Shown here piece by piece: positions 30,003-39,804 of a DNA stretch of 64,000 bases. This stretch comes from a bacterium (GTDB lineage: Bacteria; UBA8248; JACPRG01; G963555815): the NCBI GenBank assembly GCA_965261595.1, contig CBDHDG010000004.1:1-64000 (forward strand). The letters run 5' to 3'. Numbering within the stretch: the stretch's first letter is position 1; each line of letters begins with the position of its first letter. The position numbers were made by a program, and so were the translations under genes. Under the pieces are notes generated by a model, which saw nothing but the letters and a program-made list of their open reading frames with translations, was not told the DNA's origin and did no database searches.

Positions 30003-30158
30003 CAGCTCTCCCGAGAGCCTTTTATCATATTGATATTATTAGGAAATATACATTATTCCAAATCTTTTTCGGAACCTGCCTTCAGTTGTAGTATAATCCG
30101 CAGTAAATGGAGAGGTCGGCGTCAACAATTTCCTTATGTCCTTGTTCAGGAGTCGTTT

Positions 30159-31129
30159 CTACTTTTCTTCGATCTTCAATTTCTTCTTCGTTCGACAGCC
30201 TGATAGAAATAGTTTTGTGTTTCCGAGTTCCAGATCTCTGGGTTCCCAGAGCGCGCTGGCTCGTTCAGTTTCCAACATATCTTCTGTCTTTTGGTCTTTA
30301 CTCGTTTGGAAATCAAATCCTGTCAGCTCTTCGATTTCACGGATCGTAGTCAGGTAGCGCTCATGTCGGTACTCTGTATGGCGTTCTGTGTACCCTGGTC
30401 CCACCTGTGGATACAGGAATGCTAGGACTTTCGTCACTCCCGAAGCTTCGTCCTCCCGCACTACAACTTTGAACAGCGCATCCGTATTGCGACTTGGTAC
30501 TCGCCTTCCTCCCCGATCCAACCTGATGGCGTCTTGTTTCCAAAGATTGGCCCTTGGATTACCCAGATTCGTCGGTATTTCTGTGCCCAGGCTCCGGTCA
30601 GTAGCTCCAATTTCTGCCAGATCCCGCGGTTGAACTCACCTCGCTGCGGAACCGCGTTCAGCATTGTATGGGTCTTTCGGGCCGCATCCTTGCCGATTCG
30701 TTCGACCAGCAGCTTCATTGCCATGTGTCCACGGTCGAACCCGCTTCCGCGGTAGCTCTCGTCCGTCGGGGCTGTGCCCGCCTTCACCAGTCCTCGGTCG
30801 CTAGTCCACCGCGATGGCCGTTCGCCCGTGTCTAGACACCATAGTCGTGCCTCTACCTTGTCCGTTCCAGGTGGCTCCCAACGCCGAATCTCCTGGCTTA
30901 CCCATTCAGGGACCCGCCGGATGTCTGGTATTCCATCCTTGTTGTCGTCGTCCTTCGAGTCGAAGCTCACTGTAAACCCTTCGAACTCGCGGATGATATC
31001 TCCTTGGGGTGCGAAGCGCTGGTGGTCATACCCTGGTGGTGCTTTAGCAGCGTTCGCTGCTGTGCAGATGAGGGCTCCTGCCAGGATCGTCCAGAGTGCC
31101 CATCTTCCCGGCTGTCTGGATGCTTTCAC
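30159..31129 (-). pseudogene. Secreted DNA/RNA non-specific endonuclease (NucA/EndA-like), 1-bp frameshift near 30484
   Basis: Signal peptide, YRGSGFDRGHM, NAVPQ..FNRGIW..LE. VAI(P)DALFKVV is restored by adding one C, so this may be a sequencing error. Confidence 0.8.
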
Positions 31130-32058
31130 CTCTGAGTCTCCTCTTTTGCCGGGCTGAAGCGCTTCGCAATGCCCTCACTAAGCGTCTCGAAGGCCTGGTA
31201 GATCGGCTTCACTGAGAGGCCCACCGTAAACGCAGCAACAATCGTTCCCATCTTTAGTTCGCCGACTGCGAGCGAATCGACGGTTCCGCCTGTCCCGAAT
31301 AGAAGGATGTCTATCACGAGTCCCAGGATCGCTCCGAGGAAAATCCGGGCTGCGATACCCTGCATTCGGTTCACCTCGTAGGACATCTCAAAGAGCTTGT
31401 CGGAGATCCTCTTTGCGAGGAATGTGCATGCTCCGATGGCGCCCCATAGTGCCGGTACGACAAATGGTACAAGGCTCCGTGTTGCTTCGTAGATGAAGCC
31501 AGCGATTCCTGTCAATTCGTTCTCCGGATCTGAGATTCCACCTACCCATGCTTTCAGGTATTCGAAGATCAGGGCTATGACAAAAAATCCAATCCCTAAC
31601 AGAATTGGTATATTCTTCTTCTTCCAGATTGCTCCTTGCCTCCCGTTCAGTGTATCTAGGATGCTCTTGCCGGAAACGCCTCGCTCTTGGTACAAGGCAC
31701 CAGATACTCGTGAGTACGCCTTGAATAGCCCTTGCCAGTTTTTTGCCGACGCTTCTACCGAGGCTTCTGCAATTGCTTCAATCAAGTCGGAGTGTCCCGG
31801 AAATAGTGGCGGACATAGCTTTGCACTGCCATCGGCCTTCTTCGGTTCTCCATTATCCGTTGCCTTATCTTCTTCGTTTACTAATGCTCCGCCGTGCCGC
31901 GCTAGGTATTCGTTGAGTACTTTCGCTTCATCGAGGAGCTTCCTCATCTCTTTTGGTTCCCAGTTATTCTGGTCGTCCTGCTTCGCCGCGATCTCTCCAT
32001 CGTCGTCTGATCCGGTACCTCCGACGTTCGGCGTCGCTTCCTGGGCTCCATTGCTCAT
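31126..32058 (-). CDS. Hypothetical multi-pass membrane protein
   Basis: Acidic soluble N-terminus and about 4 TMs (LWGAIGACTF, RIFLGAILG, AFTVGLSV); GTGA overlap with the nuclease gene. Confidence 0.7.
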   Translation of the reverse strand: MSNGAQEATPNVGGTGSDDDGEIAAKQDDQNNWEPKEMRKLLDEAKVLNEYLARHGGALVNEEDKATDNGEPKKADGSAKLCPPLFPGHSDLIEAIAEASVEASAKNWQGLFKAYSRVSGALYQERGVSGKSILDTLNGRQGAIWKKKNIPILLGIGFFVIALIFEYLKAWVGGISDPENELTGIAGFIYEATRSLVPFVVPALWGAIGACTFLAKRISDKLFEMSYEVNRMQGIAARIFLGAILGLVIDILLFGTGGTVDSLAVGELKMGTIVAAFTVGLSVKPIYQAFETLSEGIAKRFSPAKEETQR

Positions 32059-32221
32059 CCGGTTTTCCTCCCTTCGTTTCGTTCTCGTTGACGTGATGTT
32101 ACTGAGTCCTTTGTACCAAGTGCCCTGGTACGGTACATCCCACACGCATCGCCCAAAGTCCTAGTTATGCTGCATCAAAAAAGGCGCAAGACGCTCCAGA
32201 ATCCGGACAACGCGCGAACTC

Positions 32222-32300
32222 CCCAATGACTCGAAATTCCTTGATTTTGTCGAAGTAATTTTCGATCGGGTGTGGTGCCAGCCATACATAGCATTGTCGT
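32222..32300 (-). pseudogene. Short IS5-family transposase remnant
   Basis: H.IENYFDKIKEFRVI resembles the IS5-family RH.IE..F.K.K.FR motif. Confidence 0.4.
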
Positions 32301-32406
32301 AATTGATTTAAAGTTTCCAGCGGGCGGCGCGCCGGGTTCACCGCATAGGTCGTGGACTGGTTGGGGCGCGGGCGGTGGTGCGGCAACGGGGGACTCCATG
32401 TCCCCG

Positions 32407-32787
32407 CTAGCATGGGTCGCTGCAGTCTTTCGCGGGTGGAGTGAAAGGCCGGGTAATGAACTCGTCGTTCAAGTCAGATACAGGCACCTTCGCCGACTTG
32501 CCCGGCAATTCCGGCGCAACTTCGGAAATATTTCTGCTGATTTCCTCGATCTCGTTCCTCCGTCCGGCCCTTTCCATGTCGCGCGCAATGGCCTGGGCCG
32601 CGAACATGGCCGACCGAAGGAGCTGGATTTCATGCTCCGTGCGGGGCCACTCCCTGTGGTCGAGAGCCTCCATCGCGAGCTCGACCACGAGCTGGTTGGC
32701 CGAAACACCCCGATCGTCCGCCTCTTTTTCGATCCTCTTCCATTGCCCGGGCGTGGCCCGAATGTTCTTTTGCAGTGTCTGAGCCAT
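32407..32787 (-). CDS. Ribbon-helix-helix protein, probable relaxosome accessory factor (TrwA-like role)
   Basis: KNIRAT..QW.RIE..A...GVSANQLV RHH-like pattern; next to the candidate oriT. Confidence 0.55.
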   Translation of the reverse strand: MAQTLQKNIRATPGQWKRIEKEADDRGVSANQLVVELAMEALDHREWPRTEHEIQLLRSAMFAAQAIARDMERAGRRNEIEEISRNISEVAPELPGKSAKVPVSDLNDEFITRPFTPPAKDCSDPC

Positions 32788-33168
32788 CCGTTCTGCCGAT
32801 CCTTTTGTGAAGACTTCAGTCCATTTTGGTCCAGGAAACGACCGAAATGGTCCTTGCTCCTGGACACCGGACGCCCTCGTCCCGGACTGTGAAGGCCTCC
32901 GAATGATGCGACCTCATGAACCACCGAATTGGTAGCCATCATAGCGCAGCGCGGATCCGCGCGCGACCAGTCTGGTATCGGGCGTATGCCGCTTGAGATC
33001 TCACTCGAACTCCGGGCGCGATGCGCACTTGAATAAATGTAAGAATATCAGTGAGATAGCGCCGTATACCTACGAGCTACCAGATTGGTAGGACTTTTTC
33101 CGGCATCACAGAGATACCGCAGGTCGTTGATTGCGCACAAGAATGCAGGACAAGCGCGCGCATGGAGT

Positions 33169-33200
33169 ACGCATGCAGCCTGCTGCGTCGGGTGTGAGAG
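33169..33200 (+). promoter_or_regulatory. Candidate oriT nic site (MOB-F type), nick predicted at 33195^33196
   Basis: GCTGCGTCGGGTGT^GAG matches the TGCGT-NN-GGTGT^ pattern of F and IncN nic sites. Preceded by imperfect IR ACGCA..TGCGT; lies between the RHH gene and leading-region genes. Confidence 0.65.
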
Positions 33201-33469
33201 TAAAAGCGCCGACCGGCGTCCGACAGACCAAAATGCGAGGAACGAACGAAGGGAAGATCTCCGCGGGCGCGTGACGCGCGGGGGAGCCGCCGCGGCGATT
33301 GAGCGGTCGGCCGTGCGGAGCATGGTGCATGGAGCAGTGCGGGACGGAGTCAGCAGTGGGGTCCGCACCGGTGCGGTACGAAGTGCGGCGGGCGGTGCGG
33401 CAGCGGGCAACGCGGAAGAAGAACGGGCCGCGCCGCCGGGTGGCGACGCGACCCGCGAGGTCGTTGGGA

Positions 33470-34393
33470 TCAGGCGGCGACGCACTGGACCGGGATACCG
33501 AGCTTGCGCGCCTTGTCGACCAGATTGTCGGTGATGCCGGAACCCGGGAACGCGATGACGCCCTTTGGGAGGAGATTGAGCAGCTCGTCATTGCGCCGGA
33601 AGGGCGCCGCGCGTCCGTGTGCGTCCCAGTTGGGCTTGCAGACGATCTGGTGGACGCCGTTGCGGTCCGCCCACTTGGCCGCGACCTTCTCGACGCCCGG
33701 ACCGCCGCCGTGGACCAGGACCACATCGTCGTACTTGGCCTTGAGCTTCTCGAGGGTGCGGATGATGGCGCCTGCGTCGCCGGCGTGCTTGCCGCCTGCC
33801 ACCGCGACGAGCGTTCCCTGGGGCAGGAGCGCCTTGTTCTCGCGGTCCCTGCGGGCACGCTGGAAGTCTCGGGCATCGATCATGGCCGAAGTGAGCTTGC
33901 CGGTCTGGGAGGTGTGGGACCCGCGCCGGGGCCGCCAGAGGTCTCCGGTCTCGACCCGGTAGGCCTCGGCCGCTGCATCTCTGAGTTGCTCGAAGGCGTC
34001 CCGCCGGTCCGTGAGGTTCTTGGTTCGGTCGGTGACGAGTTCGAGCTCTCGGGACCGGATCTCCGAGCCGTCCTGCTCTCGCTGGAGGTCGCGCATGTCG
34101 GGGAGGAGCCTGTCGGCCGCGCGGTCGAGGCGTTGGGTCTGGGCGTCGAGCATGTTGACGAATCCCCAGAGCAGGCTCTCGCGCTCGTCGGCGAGTTGCG
34201 TTCCGTCGGGCGCGACGCCGTGTGCCATGATGCGGAAGGCTTCCGTGACGGCGGAGATCGCGTTCTCCGGGTCCCAGACCTCCCGGTTGTCGAACTCGTC
34301 GCGCTCCGGGGTTGCGCCGAAGAGAGCCGCCTGGTCGCAGACGGTGGCGGTGACGGACTGGTTCTGTTCTGAGATGTTGTCGATATCGTGCAT
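33470..34393 (-). CDS. DUF2493 (YspA/SLOG-like) plasmid protein
   Basis: LLWGFVN, GDLWRPRRGS, VAVAGG, LVHGG, AAPFRRND, FPGSGIT motifs; RBS AAGGAG. Confidence 0.8.
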   Translation of the reverse strand: MHDIDNISEQNQSVTATVCDQAALFGATPERDEFDNREVWDPENAISAVTEAFRIMAHGVAPDGTQLADERESLLWGFVNMLDAQTQRLDRAADRLLPDMRDLQREQDGSEIRSRELELVTDRTKNLTDRRDAFEQLRDAAAEAYRVETGDLWRPRRGSHTSQTGKLTSAMIDARDFQRARRDRENKALLPQGTLVAVAGGKHAGDAGAIIRTLEKLKAKYDDVVLVHGGGPGVEKVAAKWADRNGVHQIVCKPNWDAHGRAAPFRRNDELLNLLPKGVIAFPGSGITDNLVDKARKLGIPVQCVAA

Positions 34394-35101
34394 GATGCTC
34401 TCCTTCCGGGTAGAGGGTTGAGAACCGTTATGGTTCGTTGTGCGGAGAGAGTCTCCGAACGTGATGGTTGAGTGGCCCACGCGCGCGCAGCAAAGTCACC
34501 GTGGCCGCAAGGCCTGGCGCGGCGAGGGGCGCGAGTGGTGCGGGCGCACAAGCGACCGCAGGGAGCGCGGAGCCTCGGTCGCGGTTCTTGTCGCGCCTAG
34601 GCGCGCAGCGCCGTAGCCTTGCGAGCCAGGGCCGGAACGAAGAGGAGGACCCCGCCGGAGGCGGGGTTGGCGCAGCGAGCACGTGTGGGACAATGGTCCA
34701 TCACGTCGAGAGGGATATTGTTTGCCACTGTCCCGGACGCCCTGTGCGGTTCCGGGATTGAGACGCGGGTCTCGGGCGCCGGCCCGGCAAGCGTAGCGCG
34801 CAGCGAGCGCCAGCGAGCGGAGGCGATAGGGATGGAAGCGCAAATCGGAGCGGAGCGGAGATTGCAGCGGAGAGCCCGGCCCGAAGGGATCGCCCGAAGG
34901 CGGCATGGCCCGTCACCGCAACGGACGCGTATCGACGAGTGGCTCCGCAACCTCGCAGGCGAGATTGCCATCGTGGTAGACCCTCGACTCGTACGGACGA
35001 TGCTCCTCAAGGTAACGGATTGCATTTCGGTTCTCCTTCCGTGTTGCTGGTGCCCGGGGCCCTCTCTCTCCCTCCTCGCGGCGTTCGCCCTCTCTCCCGC
35101 T

Positions 35102-35418
35102 TCACTCTCCTCTCCGTTCCGCCAGAACGGAGGCCGCCCATGCCGCGCGGCGCGGGCGAGGACCTGCCCATGGCAGGCCAGCGGCTTTCCGTGAAGGGCG
35201 GCGAGTTCGTCGAGCCCGACCTTGGCGGCGCGAATGCGGCGCCAGAGATCGGCGCGATAGCGCGCGATCACTTCATCGCGCGGTCCGTCCGGGCCGATGC
35301 GGAACCGGTTTCCCCATTGAGAGCGACGGTCGATCCGCACGGTCCCGCCGTGCTCCGCCTTGCCGTCGAGCGCCGCCCGCAGGGCGGGCGCATGCCTGAG
35401 ATTGACGATGTGCGCCAT
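35102..35418 (-). pseudogene. DUF4326 protein, degenerate
   Basis: RIDRRSQWGNRF..G.RDEVIARY; the LACWC..CHG motif has collapsed to LACHG; frameshift near the 3' end. Confidence 0.7.
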
Positions 35419-35460
35419 GCTCTCTTTCTCCTTTGGATCCGTTCATCCCTCCCCCGCTCT

Positions 35461-36474
35461 TCACTCCCTCTCTCCGACCCGCTGCGGCGCGGGGAACAGG
35501 GCGGCGAGCCGAAGGGCCAGGGCCCGGGGTCCGAGGGCGACCAGATCGTCGTTGAAGTCGCCGTATTCGGAGACGATGACGTGGGCGGCGACGCCCGCCC
35601 GCGCGCAGCGCCGGGCGAGGCGTTGGGCGGCCCGTTCGCCCTCGGAATCGTTGTCGCGGGCGATGACGAGCCGTTTGAGCCCGCCAGGTGGAGCGAAGGC
35701 GCCGAGGCTTCCGGCCGAGAGCGCGGCCGCCGAAATGACCCCGGGCGCCGCGGTGACGATCGACAGCACCGTCTCGATGCCTTCGCCGACGAGCAGCGAA
35801 GCGCCGTCGGCGGGCTTGCCGAAGCACACGGCGCGTCCGTGGATGCGGCCGAGCGCCTTGCGCGGGGCCGCGACGTCCGCCTTGGCGGGCAAGCGCGAAT
35901 CGAGCCAGGTGCGCTGCACGCCTTGGATGGCGCCGTCGTCGCCGGTCACGGCGGCGACCAGCGCCGGAAAACGGCGCAGGGAAGAGCCTTCGCGATAGCG
36001 AAGCTCGGGATGGAAGCGCAATGCCGGGAACCGGCAGCGCGCGAGTCCGCGGGCGTGGAGGTAGGCCTCGGCATGGGTGCCGCCGATGGCGCGGCAACGC
36101 CGCCAGAGGCGGCGGGCCGCTTCTGTTGCGTCGTAGCCCTCGCCCGGCGCCGGCGGAGCCGGCAGGGCGAGGAAGGCGCGGGCCTCGGCGAGCGCCGCGC
36201 GAAGCGTCGGCGCGCCCGAGCGATGCCGAACGAGATCGAGCAGGTCCCCGTGCTCTCCGGTGGCCGCGTCGGTCCACTTGCCGGGGACGCCGGGACCGTG
36301 CAGGCGGACGAAGAGCGAGCGCCCGCGAGCGCCTTCGAGATCGCCGGCGACCCAGTACCGGCCTTGCTTTTTGCCCTGGGGCAGGTAACGCCGGCAGACG
36401 GCCTCGGCGCACGCGCCGAGCGCGGCGGCGATGTCGGCGGCGGGAGATGCGGAACGGGACGATGGGGGCGGCAT
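35461..36474 (-). CDS. Toprim-domain primase-like plasmid protein
   Basis: GKWTDAATGEHGDLLDL, AEAYL.ARG, VGEGIETVLS, IARDND, GDFNDDL. Confidence 0.82.
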   Translation of the reverse strand: MPPPSSRSASPAADIAAALGACAEAVCRRYLPQGKKQGRYWVAGDLEGARGRSLFVRLHGPGVPGKWTDAATGEHGDLLDLVRHRSGAPTLRAALAEARAFLALPAPPAPGEGYDATEAARRLWRRCRAIGGTHAEAYLHARGLARCRFPALRFHPELRYREGSSLRRFPALVAAVTGDDGAIQGVQRTWLDSRLPAKADVAAPRKALGRIHGRAVCFGKPADGASLLVGEGIETVLSIVTAAPGVISAAALSAGSLGAFAPPGGLKRLVIARDNDSEGERAAQRLARRCARAGVAAHVIVSEYGDFNDDLVALGPRALALRLAALFPAPQRVGERE

Positions 36475-36668
36475 GACGGGCCTCCTCTGGATGGACGGGG
36501 AAGGCCCGATACCGGCCGGCCTCCGCCTCCGGCCGGCGCCGGAGGACGAAGCGCCGCGCGCAGCGCTGGCGCGAGGCCCGAACGGGCGCTGTCTCGGAAC
36601 GGGCAGCAAGAAAAAGGGCCGACGCGCGAAGCGCCGGCCCAGGTAGAGGGAGGAAACGGAATGCGCGC

Positions 36669-37094
36669 TCAGAACGGGATGTCGTCGATGGGCGCTTCGG
36701 CGGACGGCGTCTCCGCCTCCGCGACCGGCGCGCCGTTGCCGTTGGGCTTGTCGAGGAACTGCACGCGCCCGCCCGGAACCAGCAGGATCTCGGTCGAGAA
36801 CCGGTCGGAGTCCTCCTCGTCCTTCTTCCAGCGACGGGTCTGCAGCTTGCCCGCCACATAGACCAGCCGGCCCTTCGTCGCGTGCTTCTCGAACATGTCC
36901 ACCAGCCCGGGCTGGAAGGTGACGACCCGGTGCCACTCGGTCTTGTCGACCCGATCGCCGGTCTGCTTGTCGATGTAGCCCTCGTCGGTGGCGATCGACA
37001 GGTTGGCCACGCGTCCGCCGCTGGTGAGGTGGTTGACGGTGACGTCGGCGCCGAGGCGGCCGATCACTTCAGCGCGATTGAGTCCGAATGCCAT
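36669..37094 (-). CDS. ssb: Single-stranded DNA-binding protein
   Basis: LNRAEVIGRLG.D, KTEWHRV, G.LQTRRW, C-terminal DDIPF. Confidence 0.93.
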   Translation of the reverse strand: MAFGLNRAEVIGRLGADVTVNHLTSGGRVANLSIATDEGYIDKQTGDRVDKTEWHRVVTFQPGLVDMFEKHATKGRLVYVAGKLQTRRWKKDEEDSDRFSTEILLVPGGRVQFLDKPNGNGAPVAEAETPSAEAPIDDIPF

Positions 37095-37180
37095 GATGAA
37101 TCTCCTTCTGCGTGAGGGTGTGGAAGACAACGGGTGATGGAAGGGGGGAGAGCCTCTCTCCCCGGCCCCTTCGGTTCACC

Positions 37181-37321
37181 CTATGAAAGCTCCTCTCCTT
37201 CGCCGGTGTCGGCATGGACCGCTTCGGTGAGGATCCTGCGGATGGTGTAAGAGTCGAGGCCGATCTCGGCGAGCAGTTCGTCACCTGTGGGGAGTTCGAG
37301 GTCGAGGTCACGGTCGAGCAT
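37181..37321 (-). CDS. 46-aa acidic small protein (not in the ORF track)
   Basis: AGGAG RBS; MLDRDLDLELPTGDELLAEIGLDSYTIRRILTEAVHADTGEGEELS*; same strand as and upstream of ssb. Confidence 0.5.
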   Translation of the reverse strand: MLDRDLDLELPTGDELLAEIGLDSYTIRRILTEAVHADTGEGEELS

Positions 37322-37583
37322 GGGCTTGTCTCCTGTTCCGGGATTGCAGTTCCCGGCATCGGGACCGGGAGACCGTCTCCCTCTTCCCTGCCGGGCGTTT
37401 GCCCGGCCCTTGCTTCCCTCTGACTCGAAGGACGGTGACGGGACCCGGGGCGAGCTCAGAGGGCGCGACGGACGCCGGCAGCCGCTCGCCGACCTTGCGC
37501 GGTCTTCGCCCTCGCCCGGCTATCGTCGAACACGGATCCGCCCGGGCTTGCGTGCGGTGTGAGATTCGAGTCGGATAAGGAGC

Positions 37584-37850
37584 ATGGACGACCAGGGACG
37601 CATCAAGCGGCGCGGGTTCTGGCTGCTGGCCCTTCTGTGGCTGCCCGCCGGGGTGGTCGCGACGGCGGCGGTGCACTTCGCGCCGGAGGCGGGGCCGGAG
37701 GTGGAGCCCCGAATGTGGCTGTCGATGCTGCTGATGTCGACGGCGTCGCTGATGGCGGGACTGCTTGGCCCAATCGTCATCGCCGACTACGCGATGGTCT
37801 TGAGCCTTCTGGTGTGGATCGCGTGGTGGTGGCTCGCGCGGCGGGGTTGA
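37584..37850 (+). CDS. Small hydrophobic membrane protein
   Basis: AAGGAG RBS, three hydrophobic stretches. Confidence 0.5.
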   Translation: MDDQGRIKRRGFWLLALLWLPAGVVATAAVHFAPEAGPEVEPRMWLSMLLMSTASLMAGLLGPIVIADYAMVLSLLVWIAWWWLARRG

Positions 37851-38188
37851 GGCCGGATGACGTCAGGCCGGCTGCGTAGCAATGCAGTCGGCTCACTGCA
37901 CGGTCTTGCTATCCGGTGCGCCGTTCTCGGCGCGCATGGACCGTGCGGCCAGGGTGATGGGAATGTAGCCGCTTATGTCGTGGATAACGATTCTGATCTG
38001 CTGTAGATCGTTGTCGAGGTCGTAGGCCGGGGAGAAGGCGTAGTAGGGGTTCTTCGGCAGGGTGTGCGCGGTCATGTGCGGGCCTCCCTTGAGGGGTCGA
38101 CGGTGCGCCGGGGGGCGCGGGTGATGGTCCCCCCGCTGGCGGGCGGCAGGTCGGCAGTACGTACCCCCGGCGAGCCGGCGCATAGAGG

Positions 38189-38998
38189 TCACTGCCCCGT
38201 AAAAGACGCCATCGGTGACGTATCCGAAATAATCTCCACCTGTTGGTGGGACAGCCGCGCGAAGGCCAGACACATGGCCACCTCCTCCCAGCTGTCCCAG
38301 ATCCCGTGGTCCTCGCCCGTGGCGACCTCGATCACGGTGTAGCGAGGCGGAAGGATCGGAAGGCCCCGATGCCAGCCCGACCGCACCCAGGACCGGTGCG
38401 CGCACGGCACGCACCGCGCCGCTCCCTGAGAGGGTTCGCCACAGTCCGTGCAACGCCACCTCGCACGCCTATGGGCGTAGCGCCTTCGGCTGGCCGCGTT
38501 CTTCCGTGGATGGCGCCCGGCCTCGAGAGCCGCGCAGGGACCGCAGCGCGAGGCGTGGTCAAGGATATGTCTTCCGCACCTGCCGCACCGTCCCTCGGCC
38601 CTGCGGGCGGCATACTGCTCTTGTTCGGCCGCTTGCCGGGCGTCACGGCAAGCCCGGCAGGTCGCCCCGTCCGGGACGGGAGGACGGTTCCCGCATCGCG
38701 TGCACAGGCCGGCGGCCCGGCATGCCCGGAGGCGCTTCCTCCTTTTCTCCCGCCCGAGCCTGCGGCAGTCCTTGGGATCCCGGCCTCCGTAGAGCCTGCC
38801 GGCGGCCTTGCCCTTGGCGTACCGGGCGCGCTCGGCCTTGCGCCGCTTCTCGCCGCAGGAGCGGCACAGACTACAGTCGGGAGGAAGGGGATCTCTTCCG
38901 CATTTGGGGCACAGGCCTTGGGCGAGGCGCTCTTTGGTGAGCCGGCGGTAGCGTTCCCGGTCATGCTCGCGGGCCTTGTCGGGGTTCTTGTAGGACAC
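38189..38998 (-). CDS. Arg/Cys-rich protein with four tandem CxxC-x-CxxC modules
   Basis: CPKC/CRSC, CTRC/CRAC, CGRC/CGPC, CTDC/CVPC; start (GTG 38998) uncertain. Confidence 0.65.
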   Translation of the reverse strand: MSYKNPDKAREHDRERYRRLTKERLAQGLCPKCGRDPLPPDCSLCRSCGEKRRKAERARYAKGKAAGRLYGGRDPKDCRRLGREKRRKRLRACRAAGLCTRCGNRPPVPDGATCRACRDARQAAEQEQYAARRAEGRCGRCGRHILDHASRCGPCAALEAGRHPRKNAASRRRYAHRRARWRCTDCGEPSQGAARCVPCAHRSWVRSGWHRGLPILPPRYTVIEVATGEDHGIWDSWEEVAMCLAFARLSHQQVEIISDTSPMASFTGQ

Positions 38999-39486
38999 CT
39001 GTGGACGCCTCCCATCGGGGCTGGAATCGGGACGACGGACGCCCGGCCGGCGCCGGGCCGGCAGGACGTCCTGATAGAGAACGTCAATCAGTGCTTCTGC
39101 TTGCGGTCGCAGAACAATCCCGTTGCCATCCAGCCCATATGTTGCATCGATGACAATTCCTTCTGTCCAGCAGGAGGTTGAGTAGAATTCATGCAACATA
39201 ATTTTTCGGCACCTATGCACGTAATCGTGCCTCCACCAACAGGGAGACGCGACTATGTCCAAAGAACTGTTCACACAACCGGACACCATCAAGGCATACC
39301 AGGCGGCACCGCTCGCTCGGGGGTGGCGATATCTTCACCATCGCACGGAATGCAGTACCAGACCGCTTGCGTTGTAAAGATTGCCGGGACCCGATTGCGC
39401 TCGGTTCGCCTTCCTGAAATCCCTATGATTGCAAAAGGTTATGTTGCGGCGATCCGGACTTCTTCCATAGCAGTCAGAAGAATCTG

Positions 39487-39804
39487 TCATCGCTGCAACA
39501 TATTCCGCCAGATAACATTACAGCCCCAGTACTGGACCCCGGAGTTCCGGAGGTTGATTCCGGTTGCAATGATGATCTCGTCCCGCACGGGCCGCATCTT
39601 CCGGACCGCCTGCCGGGACGCGACCGTCCCCGGCGCCTTGCGCCGGCCCTTGGTCCTTGGTCCCCCGGTGCGCAGGGGCCGGATGTCGCCGTCAGCCATT
39701 GACTGGAAGCGCTCGACCACGTAGCGGTCGTCATCGAGACCTTGGCCGAACAGATGGGTGAGGAAGGTGCTTGCGTTGCCGGGATGGGTCTGGACCGTGC
39801 GCAT
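39487..39804 (-). CDS. Hypothetical protein
   Basis: AAGGAG RBS and a 105-aa ORF; no recognisable motif. Confidence 0.3.
   Translation of the reverse strand: MRTVQTHPGNASTFLTHLFGQGLDDDRYVVERFQSMADGDIRPLRTGGPRTKGRRKAPGTVASRQAVRKMRPVRDEIIIATGINLRNSGVQYWGCNVIWRNMLQR

Noticed and set aside
32268..32278. GGGTGTGGTGC, matching the F-plasmid nic sequence
   Set aside because: It lacks the upstream TGCGT and IR and lies inside an apparent IS5 transposase remnant; 33182-33198 fits better.
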